Shown: positions 1 through 10,662, counted from the first letter of the stretch. The stretch is DNA of 64,000 nucleotides from an uncultured Planctomycetota bacterium (GCA_963845755.1 CAWJTV010000036.1:256001-320000); one strand, 5' to 3'. Numbers and translations are program-made. The notes: generated from the sequence alone by a model not told the origin.

Positions 1-204
1 GAAGACCGCGGCCGCGCGTGCCTCGGTCTTGCCCGAGCGGATCAGGTCGGCCGACGCCTTCTCCCCGAGGATCAAGCCCAACGCGGTCAGGAGCAGGCTC
101 TTCCCCGCGCCGGTCTCGCCCGTCCAGGCACAGTAACCGGCCTCCAGCTCGACATGCACGTCTTCGATCAGCGCCAGGTTCTGCACCGAGAGTTCACGCA
201 ACAC
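1..204 (-). CDS. recN: DNA repair protein RecN, N-terminal part (runs off window)
   Basis: Manual translation from GTG at 204: MLRELSVQNLALIEDVHVELEAGYCAWTGETGAGKSLLLTAL, the Walker A start typical of RecN; AGGAG just upstream. Not in the ORF track. Confidence 0.9.
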   Translation of the reverse strand, partial: MLRELSVQNLALIEDVHVELEAGYCAWTGETGAGKSLLLTALGLILGEKASADLIRSGKTEARAAAVF

Positions 205-218
205 GGCCGCCTCCTCGA

Positions 219-983
219 CTAGCCGCTGATCCGCTGGATCTTCAGGTTCCTGGTGTGGAAGGCAATCGCCTCCTGGATGTGTTTATCCCAGTAGCCCCAC
301 TCGTGCGCGCCGGGAAACTCCTGGTACTCGTGCGGGACATGAAGCGACTCCAGTTGGGCATGGAAGGCCCGGTTCTGGTCTAACAGGAAGTCGTCGGTGC
401 CGCAATCGATCCGCATCGCGGGGGTGCGGCCGTGATCGATGCGTTCGAGGATCGCGAACGGGTCCTCCGGGCCGCCGGCAGGCGACTTGCCGAAGACCCG
501 GTCGAACTCGGGATAGTGCTCCTTGGACCGCTTGAGGTCACCGCGCAGGAAGCCCACGGCGCCCGAATGCGAATTCACGCTGGCGAACAGGTCCGGGTGC
601 TTCAGCCCCAGCTTGATCGCCCCGTAGCCGCCCATGGAGAGCCCGCCGATGGCGCGGCCGGAACGATCGGGTTTGACGGGGAACGTCCGCTCCACCAGGC
701 CCATGACATCCTTGAGCAGGTCGTCCTCGAAAGCGTCGCCATCGATGGCGTTGGTATAGAACCCGCGGCCGCCATCGGGCATCACCACCACCAGGGGCCA
801 GCCGGCGACGTAGCGCTCGATACTCGTGCGCCGCTCCCAGATCGTGTTGTCATCGGACAGGCCGTGGAGGAGGTAGAAGGTCGACCAGGGCCGGGCTGCG
901 GCCGGCTCCTCGGGGAAAACGATGTTGAACGCGGAGGCCTTGCGGAGCGACCGGCTGAAATAGTGGATCGTGGCGAACGCCAT
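219..983 (-). CDS. Putative esterase (alpha/beta hydrolase, tributyrin esterase/FrmB-like)
   Basis: YLLHG, GLSMGG nucleophile elbow, DCGTDD and PGAHEWGYW motifs; start MAFATIHYF. Confidence 0.85.
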   Translation of the reverse strand: MAFATIHYFSRSLRKASAFNIVFPEEPAAARPWSTFYLLHGLSDDNTIWERRTSIERYVAGWPLVVVMPDGGRGFYTNAIDGDAFEDDLLKDVMGLVERTFPVKPDRSGRAIGGLSMGGYGAIKLGLKHPDLFASVNSHSGAVGFLRGDLKRSKEHYPEFDRVFGKSPAGGPEDPFAILERIDHGRTPAMRIDCGTDDFLLDQNRAFHAQLESLHVPHEYQEFPGAHEWGYWDKHIQEAIAFHTRNLKIQRISG

Positions 984-1018
984 CGTGTTGTCCTCTCCTG
1001 GGAACCGTGAAAAATGGG

Positions 1019-2624
1019 TCACTCGCGGTAGGCTTTGGCCGCGAGGAGCGGGTCATTCCGCAACATCTCGAGCGCGTCGTCGATCCGATCGAGGAGGTCC
1101 GGCAAGCGGCCGGCCGCGACGTCGGCCAGCTCGTCGGTCAACAGTTCCTCGGCGCGCGCCGGAGTCGCTGCGGGTCGGTTCGCTCGAGGATCGCCCGGAG
1201 GTCCAGGCGCTGGAGCAACGCCTTGGTGATCGGCCGCTTGGCATCCGGAAAGCTCGCCGAATGGATCAGCTCCAGCGCGATGGGGTCGTTACAGAGGGCC
1301 GCCATCGCGGCGGCCTCCGCGCCGGACGAACAGGGCAGGACGTAGCAGGTATCGTCCAGCATGACGGGCCGGCCGTTGACCGGTCCGAGGGCGCGGAAGA
1401 CCGGAGTCTTGTGCAGTCCGGAGATCGCCACCTTGTACGGTGCAAAGCTGTAGGGTCCGACGCCGAACAAGGCGAATGGGGGCCGGCCGCGGTAGATCGA
1501 CGACTTGCGTCGTTCGAACCGGCCGGCATTCGCCCGCAGGTAAGCCCAGAGCCTGGGCGCAGCTCGGCGAGCCAGGTCGTGTCGTCGCCGATCCGTTGCT
1601 GGGTGACGAGCACCGCCCGAGACGGCCGGTCGGCCCGCGGCCGCTTCAGGTCCGCCCCTTTGAGCAGCGGATAGACGAACTCGGCCTCGACGTCGACGGT
1701 CTGCCCCGTCCGGTCCTGGAGCTGTCCCGTGCCCGCGTCGATCGAGAGTTCCATCACGGCGGCGGCGTCGTGCTTGAGCCCCTGCCGCCACGTCACCGGG
1801 CAGTTGCCGTCGGCGAATGCACAGCGATGATGCGTCGCGCGATCGGCGATCAGCCAGCCGCGCGCGAAACCCATCACCGCGGCGGGTTCGCCCGATTCGA
1901 GCGCGGGATAGACCGGAATGGTCCTGTACCCGTCTCCTCCGCCCACCGTATCGGCCTTCGCCAGCGTGACGCGGAACCAGCAGGCGTCGACGGCCGCGCG
2001 GAACCAGCGCGGGGCGTCGATCCGATGAATGGTCGCGTCGGCGATGGGCAGGCCGGCGCGGTGGGCGAACTGGAGGATGCTCCGCGCCACCGAGGTCTTG
2101 CACAACATCGCGATCGTCGGCGCCTCGGCGGCGAGGTCGCGGGCCAGCTTGAGCCAGACCGCCTCTGCGACGTCAAAATTGGAGGCGCCGGTCCGGGCTT
2201 CGAGTCCGCTCAGGCCCTTGACGTTGGACTTCGGTGGCGTCTGGGCACCCGCCAAGCTTCCCAGCTCGGCATTCGTGACCCACGGCGGATTGCCGACGAC
2301 CAGCAAGGGACCGCCTCTTCGCCAGCGAAGGTCGCGCCCCAGGTCGAGCCGGAAGAGGTCCGCGCAGGTGATCGTCACCCCGCCGCCGCGGTCGCCGAAC
2401 CGCGCCACGCGCTCGCCCGCTGCCCGGCAGTGCGCCGGCTGGATCTCGATGGCCTGGATCTCGCAGGGCGGCGATGCGTGCTCGAGCAGCCCGGCCAGAA
2501 AGTGCCCCTGGCCACAGGTCGGCTCCAGCACCCGAGGCCAACGCGCACCGATCGGCCCCAGGGTGTCCAGCACCGCGGCGACAAGCTCGGGCGGAGTCTG
2601 GAAGTCACCAAGGTCCCGTCGCAC
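1019..2624 (-). CDS. Amino (N6-adenine type) DNA methyltransferase, frameshifted (~1560, ~1165)
   Basis: GDFQTP, EPTCGQGHF (motif I) and GNPPW (motif IV); the C-terminal part continues in another frame (FGVGPYSFAPYKVAISGLHK). Confidence 0.75.
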
Positions 2625-2691
2625 GCGTTTCGGTTCCCAGTGGTCAGTGGTCAGGAAGGAGACATCGATTTGCTGAACACTGAACCCGGCG

Positions 2692-3024
2692 TTATTTGAT
2701 CTTCGCCCCTACCACGCAGGTCGGATCGTCCAGCGTGAGCAGGATCACCTTCTCTTCCGAGGTCGCCGCCAGGAGCATCCCGTTGGAGGTCTCGCCGCGT
2801 AGCATGGCCGGCTCCAGGTTGTTGACCACCACGATCAACTTCCCCACGAGCTGTTCCGGTGTGTAGTGCTGCCGGATCCCCGCCACGATTTGTTTCTGCT
2901 GTTCACCCACGTCGATCTGTAAGAGCAGCAGCTTGTCCGCATTGGGGTGCGGCCGGGCCTCCAGGACCTTGGCCACCCGTAACTCCAGCTTGGCGAAATC
3001 TTCGTACTTGATCGGATCGGCCAT
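2692..3024 (-). CDS. tRNA-binding OB-fold protein (MetRS C-terminal/CsaA/Trbp111-like)
   Basis: FAKLELRVAKVL, HPNADKLL, QIVAGI, NLEPAMLRGETSNGMLL. Confidence 0.9.
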   Translation of the reverse strand: MADPIKYEDFAKLELRVAKVLEARPHPNADKLLLLQIDVGEQQKQIVAGIRQHYTPEQLVGKLIVVVNNLEPAMLRGETSNGMLLAATSEEKVILLTLDDPTCVVGAKIK

Positions 3025-3236
3025 CGCGATTTGGTCCTTGGTTCTTGGTCCTTGGTTGGATGACAAGCAGCCCCGCGATGTTGGGCGCGGGTCCCCTGAC
3101 CCTGCCCATGGTCCGACCGTAGGTCTCCCGGATTTGACCAGGAATCGCTGAGACCAAGGCGTGGGGACGATGGACCCAGGACCCGCTAGCCTAGCCGTTA
3201 GCTCGAAAGGCTGTCAAGTCTAATGTGTACAAAAGT

Positions 3237-3851
3237 TCAGTTAATCGCAACGGGGCCGAGCAATTCCGTGGGCCGGACTTCCAGGCCAGGCAGGAACACC
3301 GTCCGGTAGGTGCCGTTCTCGGGGACGATGGTCTCTTCCCAGGTATCGCCCTCGCGGCTGAGGACGATCATGCGACGGTTTTCGGCGTCGAGGATCCAGT
3401 ATTCGCGGACGCCAACGCGCAGGTATTCTTCGCGCTTGTCGATCAAGTCGCGATCCTCGCCGCCGGGGCTGACGACCTCGACGACGATGTGCGGGATCCA
3501 CTTCGTCCAGACCCTGGGTCCGGAGGGTTCGGGATCGAGGTAGATCGCCTGGTCCGGATGGCGGTCCGAGACCATGCCCGGCAATCTCATCCGGCATTCG
3601 CCACTGCCGGCGCGATACTTGATGAGGCCAGGATGCTGTTCATCATAGTGGATGAACATCCGCGCGAAACGATCGACGATCCGACCATGCCATGGGCCTG
3701 GAATCTCGGTCACTTCGACGACTCCTCTCGCCAGCTCGTAGAGCCAACCTTCTTGCAAATCGACTGCGATGAATTCGTCCAGCGTCATGCGGCGGCCGTG
3801 ATCCTGCGGGCCGATCCGCATGGTGGGGGCGGGAGCCGTCGCTGTCGCCAT
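3237..3851 (-). CDS. Uma2 family endonuclease
   Basis: YELARG, PD, VVEVVSPG..DLIDKREEY...GVREYWILD. Confidence 0.9.
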   Translation of the reverse strand: MATATAPAPTMRIGPQDHGRRMTLDEFIAVDLQEGWLYELARGVVEVTEIPGPWHGRIVDRFARMFIHYDEQHPGLIKYRAGSGECRMRLPGMVSDRHPDQAIYLDPEPSGPRVWTKWIPHIVVEVVSPGGEDRDLIDKREEYLRVGVREYWILDAENRRMIVLSREGDTWEETIVPENGTYRTVFLPGLEVRPTELLGPVAIN

Positions 3852-3892
3852 CGCTCGACCCTCATTCGGTACGGGGAGTCATCTCATCCAGT

Positions 3893-4216
3893 TTAACGGC
3901 CTCGCCGGGGCATCACCAGGCGGACCAGGCCACTCCAGAGCCCGCGGATGACCGACCAGGCGACGATGAAGGGCGTGCTTGGGTGTTTGAGGACCGTGGG
4001 GATGTTCCGCTCGAAGACGAAGTGGCCGAAGAACATGATCGCGTAGGCCGACACGAAGAGCGCAAGCGACCAGAGTGGACGAAACGGGACCAGCAGGACG
4101 GCGGCGGCGGCCATCGGCCAGCCCACGCCGACGTGGAGGATGTGATTGACCGGATTGCGGTGGTCCTGGCGGTACCGGGCGACCAGGCCGGCTGAGCGGG
4201 GAGCGGCTTCGCTCAT
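3893..4216 (-). CDS. DUF962/Mpo1-like small membrane protein
   Basis: YRQDHRNPVNHILHVGVG and FFGHFVFERNIP motifs. Confidence 0.8.
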   Translation of the reverse strand: MSEAAPRSAGLVARYRQDHRNPVNHILHVGVGWPMAAAAVLLVPFRPLWSLALFVSAYAIMFFGHFVFERNIPTVLKHPSTPFIVAWSVIRGLWSGLVRLVMPRRGR

Positions 4217-4242
4217 CGGGGACTCCTTTCCTCGGGTTCGAG

Positions 4243-5877
4243 TCAATGCTTGCTCTGGGGAACCTCGGGGACCGCGACGGCCGGGCTGGATCGGGCCAAT
4301 TTGGGGACGAAACCGCGATGGACCTTCGGGTCGGTGTAGGTATCGAGGCCCTTGTGGCTGATCTTACCGTAGTAGGTGGCGAAGTCGAAATGCGGCGAGT
4401 TATCCAGATCGTGGCAGCGGGCGCAGAGACCATTCTTGTCCGCCTGTTCGGCGGTCAGTGCCATGAGCTTGCGGAACTCTGGGGTTTCGGGTTCGGAGAC
4501 GTGCTTCGAGCCCGGCCCATGGCAGTTCTCGCACTGGTTGCCGGCCAGGTAGGGCGTCTCCACCTTGGAGTGCCAGCCCGAGTTGTATTCGAACCCGGTC
4601 GTGTGGCAGGTGATGCATTCCGCATCGTAGATCGTGTTCGGCTTGTGGTCCTTTTCCAGGGAGACGAAGGCCTGGGCGTGCTTGGTCGTCGACCACTTGA
4701 TATACGTGTTCGGGTGGCAGGACTTGCAGTTCTCGGCACCGACGAAGGTCGCGCCGGGCGCGCCGTTGACATAGTTGTGCCGGGTGAATTGCTCGACGAC
4801 CTGGACCTGGCGGAGCATGTCGCGGTATTCGTCCTCGATCAGGGCCTTCATGGCCTTCGCCGGGCCGTCAAATTTCTGGTTCAAGGTCACGCGCTGGTAG
4901 CGCAGGCGCTCGGATTCCTTGGGATAAAGCCCGAAGACCCCGACGTACTTCCCCCTCTGGCCGACGTCGATCAGCCAGGTCTTGCCGCCGTTGAGCCGGT
5001 CGGGCTCGGGGGTCAACGGGTCGGCCGTCTCGGCCGTCGCGACGACGATGTCGAAACCGGGATAGGCCGCCGCGAGCCGCCTGGCCAGCGCCGGCGGGCC
5101 CTGGACCATCAGTACCTGGTAGTCGCTCTTGGGCTCGAGGGCGGCCAGCACGTCGGGTAGGACCTCCTCGGGCCTCTTGACGGTCGGCAGCAGCAGTTCC
5201 TGGTCGGGATCGACGAGCTTGCGGAGCGACTCGGGATCGATCACGGCGGTGACGCCGAGCTTCACCGGGCCGGCGGTCACGACGAGGCTGGGCTGGAAGA
5301 TCGTCTCGTATCCGGCGGCCGGCTGCACGTTGGCGACGACGACCTTGGTGGTCCCGCCGAGGTAGTTGTCGAACCGGCTCAGGGCCTCGCCCACGCCGAT
5401 CTTCAGGTCCTCGGCGCCCAGTGCCATCGCGCTGTAGTTCAGCAGCTTCAGGGCCCGGAGGGAATAATCGAACTTGAGCTTCGCTTGCTCGAAGCCCCCG
5501 CGGGCGACGGCCGGGTTCTTGATCAGGCTCCCCAGGTCGATCTGGCAGGTCGGCCACTGGTTCTGCTCGTGCAGCCGCTCGAGTAAATCATAGCGGCGGA
5601 GCAGGCCGCCAACTTGCCCTTCGGTGCAACCGCACGGCTCCAGGTAGCCGAGTTGCTCGCCCGTGACGATCAGGACCGCCGCGGGATTGCCCAGGTTGGC
5701 CAGTGGTTTCTGCGTCGTCGCGCTGCTCCCGACCGGCGAACCGGTCGGTCCGCTCTTCGAGACGGTTGAGGGCGAGGCTGAGGGGCTGGTCGGGCTCGAT
5801 GACGAGCATCCCACATAGGCCAGGACCGCCACGAACAAGATAACACCGGCCCAGGGGCGGAAGTCGATTCGAGTCAT
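4243..5877 (-). CDS. Lipoprotein: 5'-nucleotidase-like domain plus tetraheme c-type cytochrome (c554-like)
   Basis: Lipobox-like AYVGC; GYLEPCGC...GGLLRR; four CxxCH (CKSCH, CITCH, CENCH, CARCH). Confidence 0.85.
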   Translation of the reverse strand: MTRIDFRPWAGVILFVAVLAYVGCSSSSPTSPSASPSTVSKSGPTGSPVGSSATTQKPLANLGNPAAVLIVTGEQLGYLEPCGCTEGQVGGLLRRYDLLERLHEQNQWPTCQIDLGSLIKNPAVARGGFEQAKLKFDYSLRALKLLNYSAMALGAEDLKIGVGEALSRFDNYLGGTTKVVVANVQPAAGYETIFQPSLVVTAGPVKLGVTAVIDPESLRKLVDPDQELLLPTVKRPEEVLPDVLAALEPKSDYQVLMVQGPPALARRLAAAYPGFDIVVATAETADPLTPEPDRLNGGKTWLIDVGQRGKYVGVFGLYPKESERLRYQRVTLNQKFDGPAKAMKALIEDEYRDMLRQVQVVEQFTRHNYVNGAPGATFVGAENCKSCHPNTYIKWSTTKHAQAFVSLEKDHKPNTIYDAECITCHTTGFEYNSGWHSKVETPYLAGNQCENCHGPGSKHVSEPETPEFRKLMALTAEQADKNGLCARCHDLDNSPHFDFATYYGKISHKGLDTYTDPKVHRGFVPKLARSSPAVAVPEVPQSKH

Positions 5878-6104
5878 CGTCTTATCTCCTTTGTCGTGGC
5901 GAGTGTACGGTCAACCCGCGATGGGCGGGTTGGAGTCCCGCCTTGAGACGGAGCCACTTCGGAATCGACCCCGCTCACCAGGTTTCCCCATCTTCACACA
6001 TTCACTCGCCACGCGCCGCTCACGACATCCTGAGGTTTTAGCCTCCTGGCAGATCGGCGAACAGATCAGATCGATCGGAAGGGCCAAGGCCGGCGTGGCT
6101 GGGC

Positions 6105-7247
6105 TCAGCCGGCGTTCGCTTGCGAGATGTAGATCGTCACCGGGATCTTCAGCTCGCCGACCTTGGGGTGGTCGGTCTTCAGGATGATCGGATCGTCCAG
6201 GAGGCCCGGGGGAGAGTCCGGGGGCACTGTGACCCTCATGCGATACCGTCCCGTCACGCCCGGCCTGTCATCCGGCGCGATGGCCACCTGGAGCTTCCCC
6301 GGCACATGGGCCACCTGGAATTGCGTCGCCTTCCCGCCGCGGACGATCAGCGTGAGGTCGCTCGAAGCCCCCTTCCGGCTGGAAACGCTGGGCATCCCGA
6401 GTTTGTCGGGGAAGACGCTGATCGGCCCGATCACCTTCCCGGCGACCGTCACTTTCAGCTCAGGTTGCTTCGGATGATCGGTCTGAAAGACCACTTCCTC
6501 CCGGAACTCACCCAGGGGCATGCCCGGCTTGACCTCCACAACGACATGGTAACCCGACGGGACTCGTCGCGTCTTGAGCTCTTCGGCCGTCATGGGCTTG
6601 ATGTCGGCGACAATCCGGTCCGGGTTCGAGCTCGTCACCTTCGTCACCTTCAGCCCAGCCCGGTCCGGCGAGAGGATCGTGAGCTCCGACCGATTGGTCT
6701 CTTCGTTGGAGATCTTGGGGAATGCCACCGTGTCCGAGGGCTCGACCTCCACCGGAAAGAGGACCTTTCCTCGGATCGTCAGGCTGAGGATGGGAGTGTC
6801 CAGGTCGTTGGTCCCCAGCGTCGCCGTCTGGTGGAATTTGACCCAATTCTTGGTTTCCCAGGTCACCTCGATCGATGTCGAGCCGCCCGGGGCGACCTTC
6901 ACCCGCTTCTTCTCCCCTTTCCCTTTGCCCTTGGTCTTATCGTTCTCGAGCGTGGCGACGGTACACGAACATGAGGTCTCCTCGAGCCAGATGTCGAGCT
7001 CGCCCTCGCCGACGTTCTGGATCTCCCACGAATGGACGCCATCGGACGTCTTGGGCATCGTGCCGAAGTCGAAGACCGGCTGGCCGACGAGCTTCACCTT
7101 CGGTTGGCCTCCTTCGTCTTCATGGAATGACACGGGCGGGGGCGCCTCCGTGTCCGTGTCCAACCCATACCAGAAGGCGAAAGTCCCGGCCACGGTCAGG
7201 ACCACCACCGCACACGCCAGGACGATCCAGCGAACCATCTCGGACAT
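6105..7247 (-). CDS. DUF1573 domain-containing protein
   Basis: N-terminal TM; FDFG, NVGEGEL, SCSCT, TND and repeated TDHP motifs. Confidence 0.8.
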   Translation of the reverse strand: MSEMVRWIVLACAVVVLTVAGTFAFWYGLDTDTEAPPPVSFHEDEGGQPKVKLVGQPVFDFGTMPKTSDGVHSWEIQNVGEGELDIWLEETSCSCTVATLENDKTKGKGKGEKKRVKVAPGGSTSIEVTWETKNWVKFHQTATLGTNDLDTPILSLTIRGKVLFPVEVEPSDTVAFPKISNEETNRSELTILSPDRAGLKVTKVTSSNPDRIVADIKPMTAEELKTRRVPSGYHVVVEVKPGMPLGEFREEVVFQTDHPKQPELKVTVAGKVIGPISVFPDKLGMPSVSSRKGASSDLTLIVRGGKATQFQVAHVPGKLQVAIAPDDRPGVTGRYRMRVTVPPDSPPGLLDDPIILKTDHPKVGELKIPVTIYISQANAG

Positions 7248-7399
7248 CCTCCCGTACGCAATACGCGGTGAAGTGAAGTACAGACGATCTCCCGCATCCC
7301 GGTCTTCGGGGGAAAGGCATCGTCGTCAGAAGGCTGAAGGCTGAATCAATCCGATCCTACTCAGCCTTCAGCCGTCATCCTTCAGCCTTTCAAGAGCCT

Positions 7400-8505
7400 T
7401 CAAGAAGGGCCCGATCGGGAGACCAGGATATCGACCGGGATCTTCAGCTCACCGACGAGGGGATGATCGGTTTTCAAGACGATCTCGCCCTCGATCGGCC
7501 CCGCGGCGGTGCCGGGGGGCACCTTGACCGCCAAGCGATAGCGGCCCTTCATGCCCGGCCGATCGTCCGGCAAGACGTCCACGTCCACGTGCTCCGGCTT
7601 GGACACGACCTGGAAATGCGTCTCCTTGCCGCCACGGACCATCAGGGTCAGGTCACGGGAAGTCGCCTTCCCGGCGGGTGACATCGCGCATCCGCAACCC
7701 CGGTGGGACGATGCTGATGGGTCCGATCACTTTCCCCCCGACGGAGACCCTCACCTCCGGCCGCTTGGGATGGTCGGTCTGGACGACCACCTCATCGAGG
7801 AATTGGCCCTGGGGCATGCCCGGCTTGACCTCGACGAGGATGCTAAAACCCTCCTCGACTTTGAGAGACTTGGCTTCATCGGGCGTCAACGGCCTGACCG
7901 TGGTGACGATCCGGTCCGGCTTCGAAGTCGTCACCTTCGTCACCTTCAGCTTGGGCCGGTCCAGCGAGTAAACCGCGAACATCCGCCCGTTCGTCTCTTC
8001 GTTGGAGATCGTCGGGAACTGGATCATCTCCGGGGGGTAGACGACCACCGGTGGGTGGACCTTCCCCTTGATCGTCAGATGGAAGGTGGGGTGGAGCGGG
8101 TCGTTGGTCCCGAATTCCGCCCCCTGCGAATATTCGTCATGGAACTCCTTGGTGTTCCATTCCAGGTCGATCGTGGTCGACTTGCCGGGCTCGACCACCG
8201 CCTTCTGGTTACCCTCGAGCTTGGCGATCGTGCAGGAGCATGTCGGCTTCCCGATCATCCACAACTCCAGGGTCGCCTCGCCGGTGTTCTTGATCCGCCA
8301 GGTGTGCATCCCCTTGTCATGCTGCGACATCTTGTCGAAATCGTAGATCGGATCCTGGTCGATCTCCACCTTGGGCTGGGGCCCCCGGCTTTCATTGACC
8401 GGGGTCTTGGGCGCAGGCCTCAGGATCCGGCAGGTACAGGGGCACTAAGGTCGCCGCCGCGGTCAGGAAGACCACGGCCACCGCCAAGATCACCCACCGT
8501 AACAT
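7400..8505 (-). CDS. DUF1573 domain-containing protein (paralog), frameshifted (~8390, ~7680)
   Basis: Three ORF pieces colinear with the neighbouring paralog (MLRWVILAV; NTGEATL..CSCT; LKTDHPLVGELKIPV). Confidence 0.75.
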
Positions 8506-8911
8506 TTTGGGAATTCTCCAGATAAGTCCATATGGATGAGGTCGGCGACGATCGCGGAACAGGCCCCTCTGGGGCGGTTGGCCGACGGAACGGCCCACGG
8601 CCGGATCCGGGCGGCGTCCCTCCTCGATTGGATCGCCGGTCACTCTCCTTCGATCTTAAAGGGACAGGCCGTCGGCGGGCAAGCCATCTCGCGATCGAAT
8701 GGTCGGGGGAAAACGGTTCAGTCGCCTCTTGTTTCCGATCGACCGCCGGGGCATCCTAAACTTTCTGACAGAGGGGTCGGTGGCCCAGGACGCGGTCAAG
8801 GAGGCCGGAAGGCCGCCGGAGGCTATCTCGGATCGTCCGCTTCTCTCCCGATGGCCACTCACCACCGGTCACGGACGGCAGACCATGGACCACTGGCGAC
8901 CGACCACCGAT

Positions 8912-9178
8912 ATGAACAAGCTCACGATCGAGGTCTGGGACGCGACGGGCAATAAGAAGCAGTTAGTTGAGCTGCCGTCGGACGCCCCGGTGAACCGGGT
9001 GATCGCCGTCCTCGTCGAGAAGATGAACCTGCCGCGATACAGCCCGGACGGGCAGTTGATGAGTTACAAGTTCCACCACAAGGCCAGCGGGCGGCAGTTG
9101 CTCGACGACCAGACCCTGGCCTCGGCCGACATCCACAGCGGCGACGTGCTGCGGCTCCAGCCGGAGATCACCGCCGGG
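8912..9178 (+). CDS. Ubiquitin-like beta-grasp protein (EsaB/YukD-like), reading through in frame into E1
   Basis: 89-aa unit ending LLDDQTLASADIHSGDVLRLQPEITAG, ubiquitin-like pattern; no stop after the Gly in this sequence. Confidence 0.75.
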
Positions 9179-9253
9179 CGCGAGCCGGCGACGGCCGGGT
9201 GTCACCCGTCGGCCCCGAGTGCCCACTCTGAGGAAACGGGGAGGGGCGCGACC

Positions 9254-10447
9254 TTGAGCGACGTGATCCGGATCGAGGACGCGGAGACCGCGGCGGGGCG
9301 GGAGGACCGGTTCGCTCGGTTCCGGCTGATCAGTTGGTGGGACCAGGAGCGGCTGGCCGGTGCGCGCGTCCTGGTCATCGGCGCGGGGGCGCTGGGCAAC
9401 GAGATCCTCAAGGACCTGGCCCTGCTGGGCGTGGGCCGGGTCTTCGTGGCCGATCGCGATCGCGTGGAGAACTCGAACCTGTCGCGCTCGATCCTTTTCC
9501 GGGAGCGCGACTGCGGCCGGCCCAAGGCCGAGGTCGCCGCCGAGCGGGCGGCCGAGATCTATGCCGGGATCCGCGTCCGGCCGTTTTCCGGCAACGTGGT
9601 CTACGACCTGGGGCTGGGGATCTATCGATGGGCCGACGTGATCCTCGGCGGCCTGGACAACCGCGAGGCCCGGGTCGCGATCAACCTGGCGGCGGCGTGC
9701 GCCGGCAAGGTCTGGATCGACGGGGCGATCGAACGGCTCGACGGCGTCGCACGGGTCTTCGACCCGGCCACCGGGCCCTGCTATGAGTGCACCATGGGCG
9801 AGAACGACTGGAAAATGCTCGAGGCCCGGCGCAGTTGTGCCCTGCTCTCCCGCGGCGAGATGGAGCAGGGCAAAGTGCCGACGACCCCCACGACTGCCTC
9901 GATCGTTGCCGGGGTGCAGGTCCAGGAGGCGGTGAAGTATCTCCACGGCCTGGATGTCATCGCCGGACAGGGCTTCGTCTTCGACGGCAGCCATCACCAG
10001 AGCTACCTCGTGAGCTACACTCGCAAGGAGGATTGCCCGGCGCACGAAGCCGATGAGCCGGTCGAGGTCCTCACCGCGCGGGCCGACGCGATCCGTGTCG
10101 GCGACCTTCTCGAGCGCGTTCGCTCCGACCTGGGCCCCGAGGCGGTGCTCGAGACCGGCCGGGACCTGCTCGCCTCGCTCCGCTGCGAAGACTGCGGCGA
10201 GGGCGAGCCGATCTTCGCGTCGCTGGGCAAGGTCACCGAGGCCCAGGGGCGGTGCCCGCGCTGCGGTCGCCCCCGCACGCCCGCGATGTTCCACACCATC
10301 GACGGTCGCCACCAGGACCTCCTCGACAGGACCCTCGCCGAGATCGGGATCCCGCCGTGGGACGTTCTCGGCGGCCGCGCGGGGATGTTGCAGCGGTTCT
10401 ACGAGTTCGGCGGCGATCGCGGCGATGTCCTCGGTCCACTGAACTGA
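9254..10447 (+). CDS. E1-like ThiF/MoeB family adenylyltransferase with C-terminal extension
   Basis: GAGALGNE, DRDRVENSNLSR, DN, CYEC, candidate catalytic Cys in RRSC; extra CEDC/CPRC; GGAGG-like SD before TTG 9254. Confidence 0.9.
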   Translation: MSDVIRIEDAETAAGREDRFARFRLISWWDQERLAGARVLVIGAGALGNEILKDLALLGVGRVFVADRDRVENSNLSRSILFRERDCGRPKAEVAAERAAEIYAGIRVRPFSGNVVYDLGLGIYRWADVILGGLDNREARVAINLAAACAGKVWIDGAIERLDGVARVFDPATGPCYECTMGENDWKMLEARRSCALLSRGEMEQGKVPTTPTTASIVAGVQVQEAVKYLHGLDVIAGQGFVFDGSHHQSYLVSYTRKEDCPAHEADEPVEVLTARADAIRVGDLLERVRSDLGPEAVLETGRDLLASLRCEDCGEGEPIFASLGKVTEAQGRCPRCGRPRTPAMFHTIDGRHQDLLDRTLAEIGIPPWDVLGGRAGMLQRFYEFGGDRGDVLGPLN

Positions 10448-10662
10448 GCTGAGAGAATGTGGATGAATTGGATAGAAGTTTTCAAATCCGAGATTTGATG
10501 AACATCATGCTCGGTACGGGGACGACCGGCATTTCATTTTGAATCGAGATCTTCGCGGGCTCCGAGAGTGAGCGACGTGGGGGAAAGCGACTCGAGAAGG
10601 CGACGCGGTCAGGGCAGTTTACGTACTGGAAACTGAAAACCGGACACTGAAAACTGGACAAC

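Noticed and set aside
3065..3230. Structured-looking intergenic stretch upstream of the tRNA-binding gene (riboswitch or T-box?)
   Set aside because: No recognisable consensus; more likely a dispersed repeat. An Rfam search would be needed.
9254..10447. Calling this gene moeB or thiF (cofactor biosynthesis)
   Set aside because: No moa/thi genes and no rhodanese domain; the partner is ubiquitin/YukD-like and lacks a ThiS/MoaD-type GG end.
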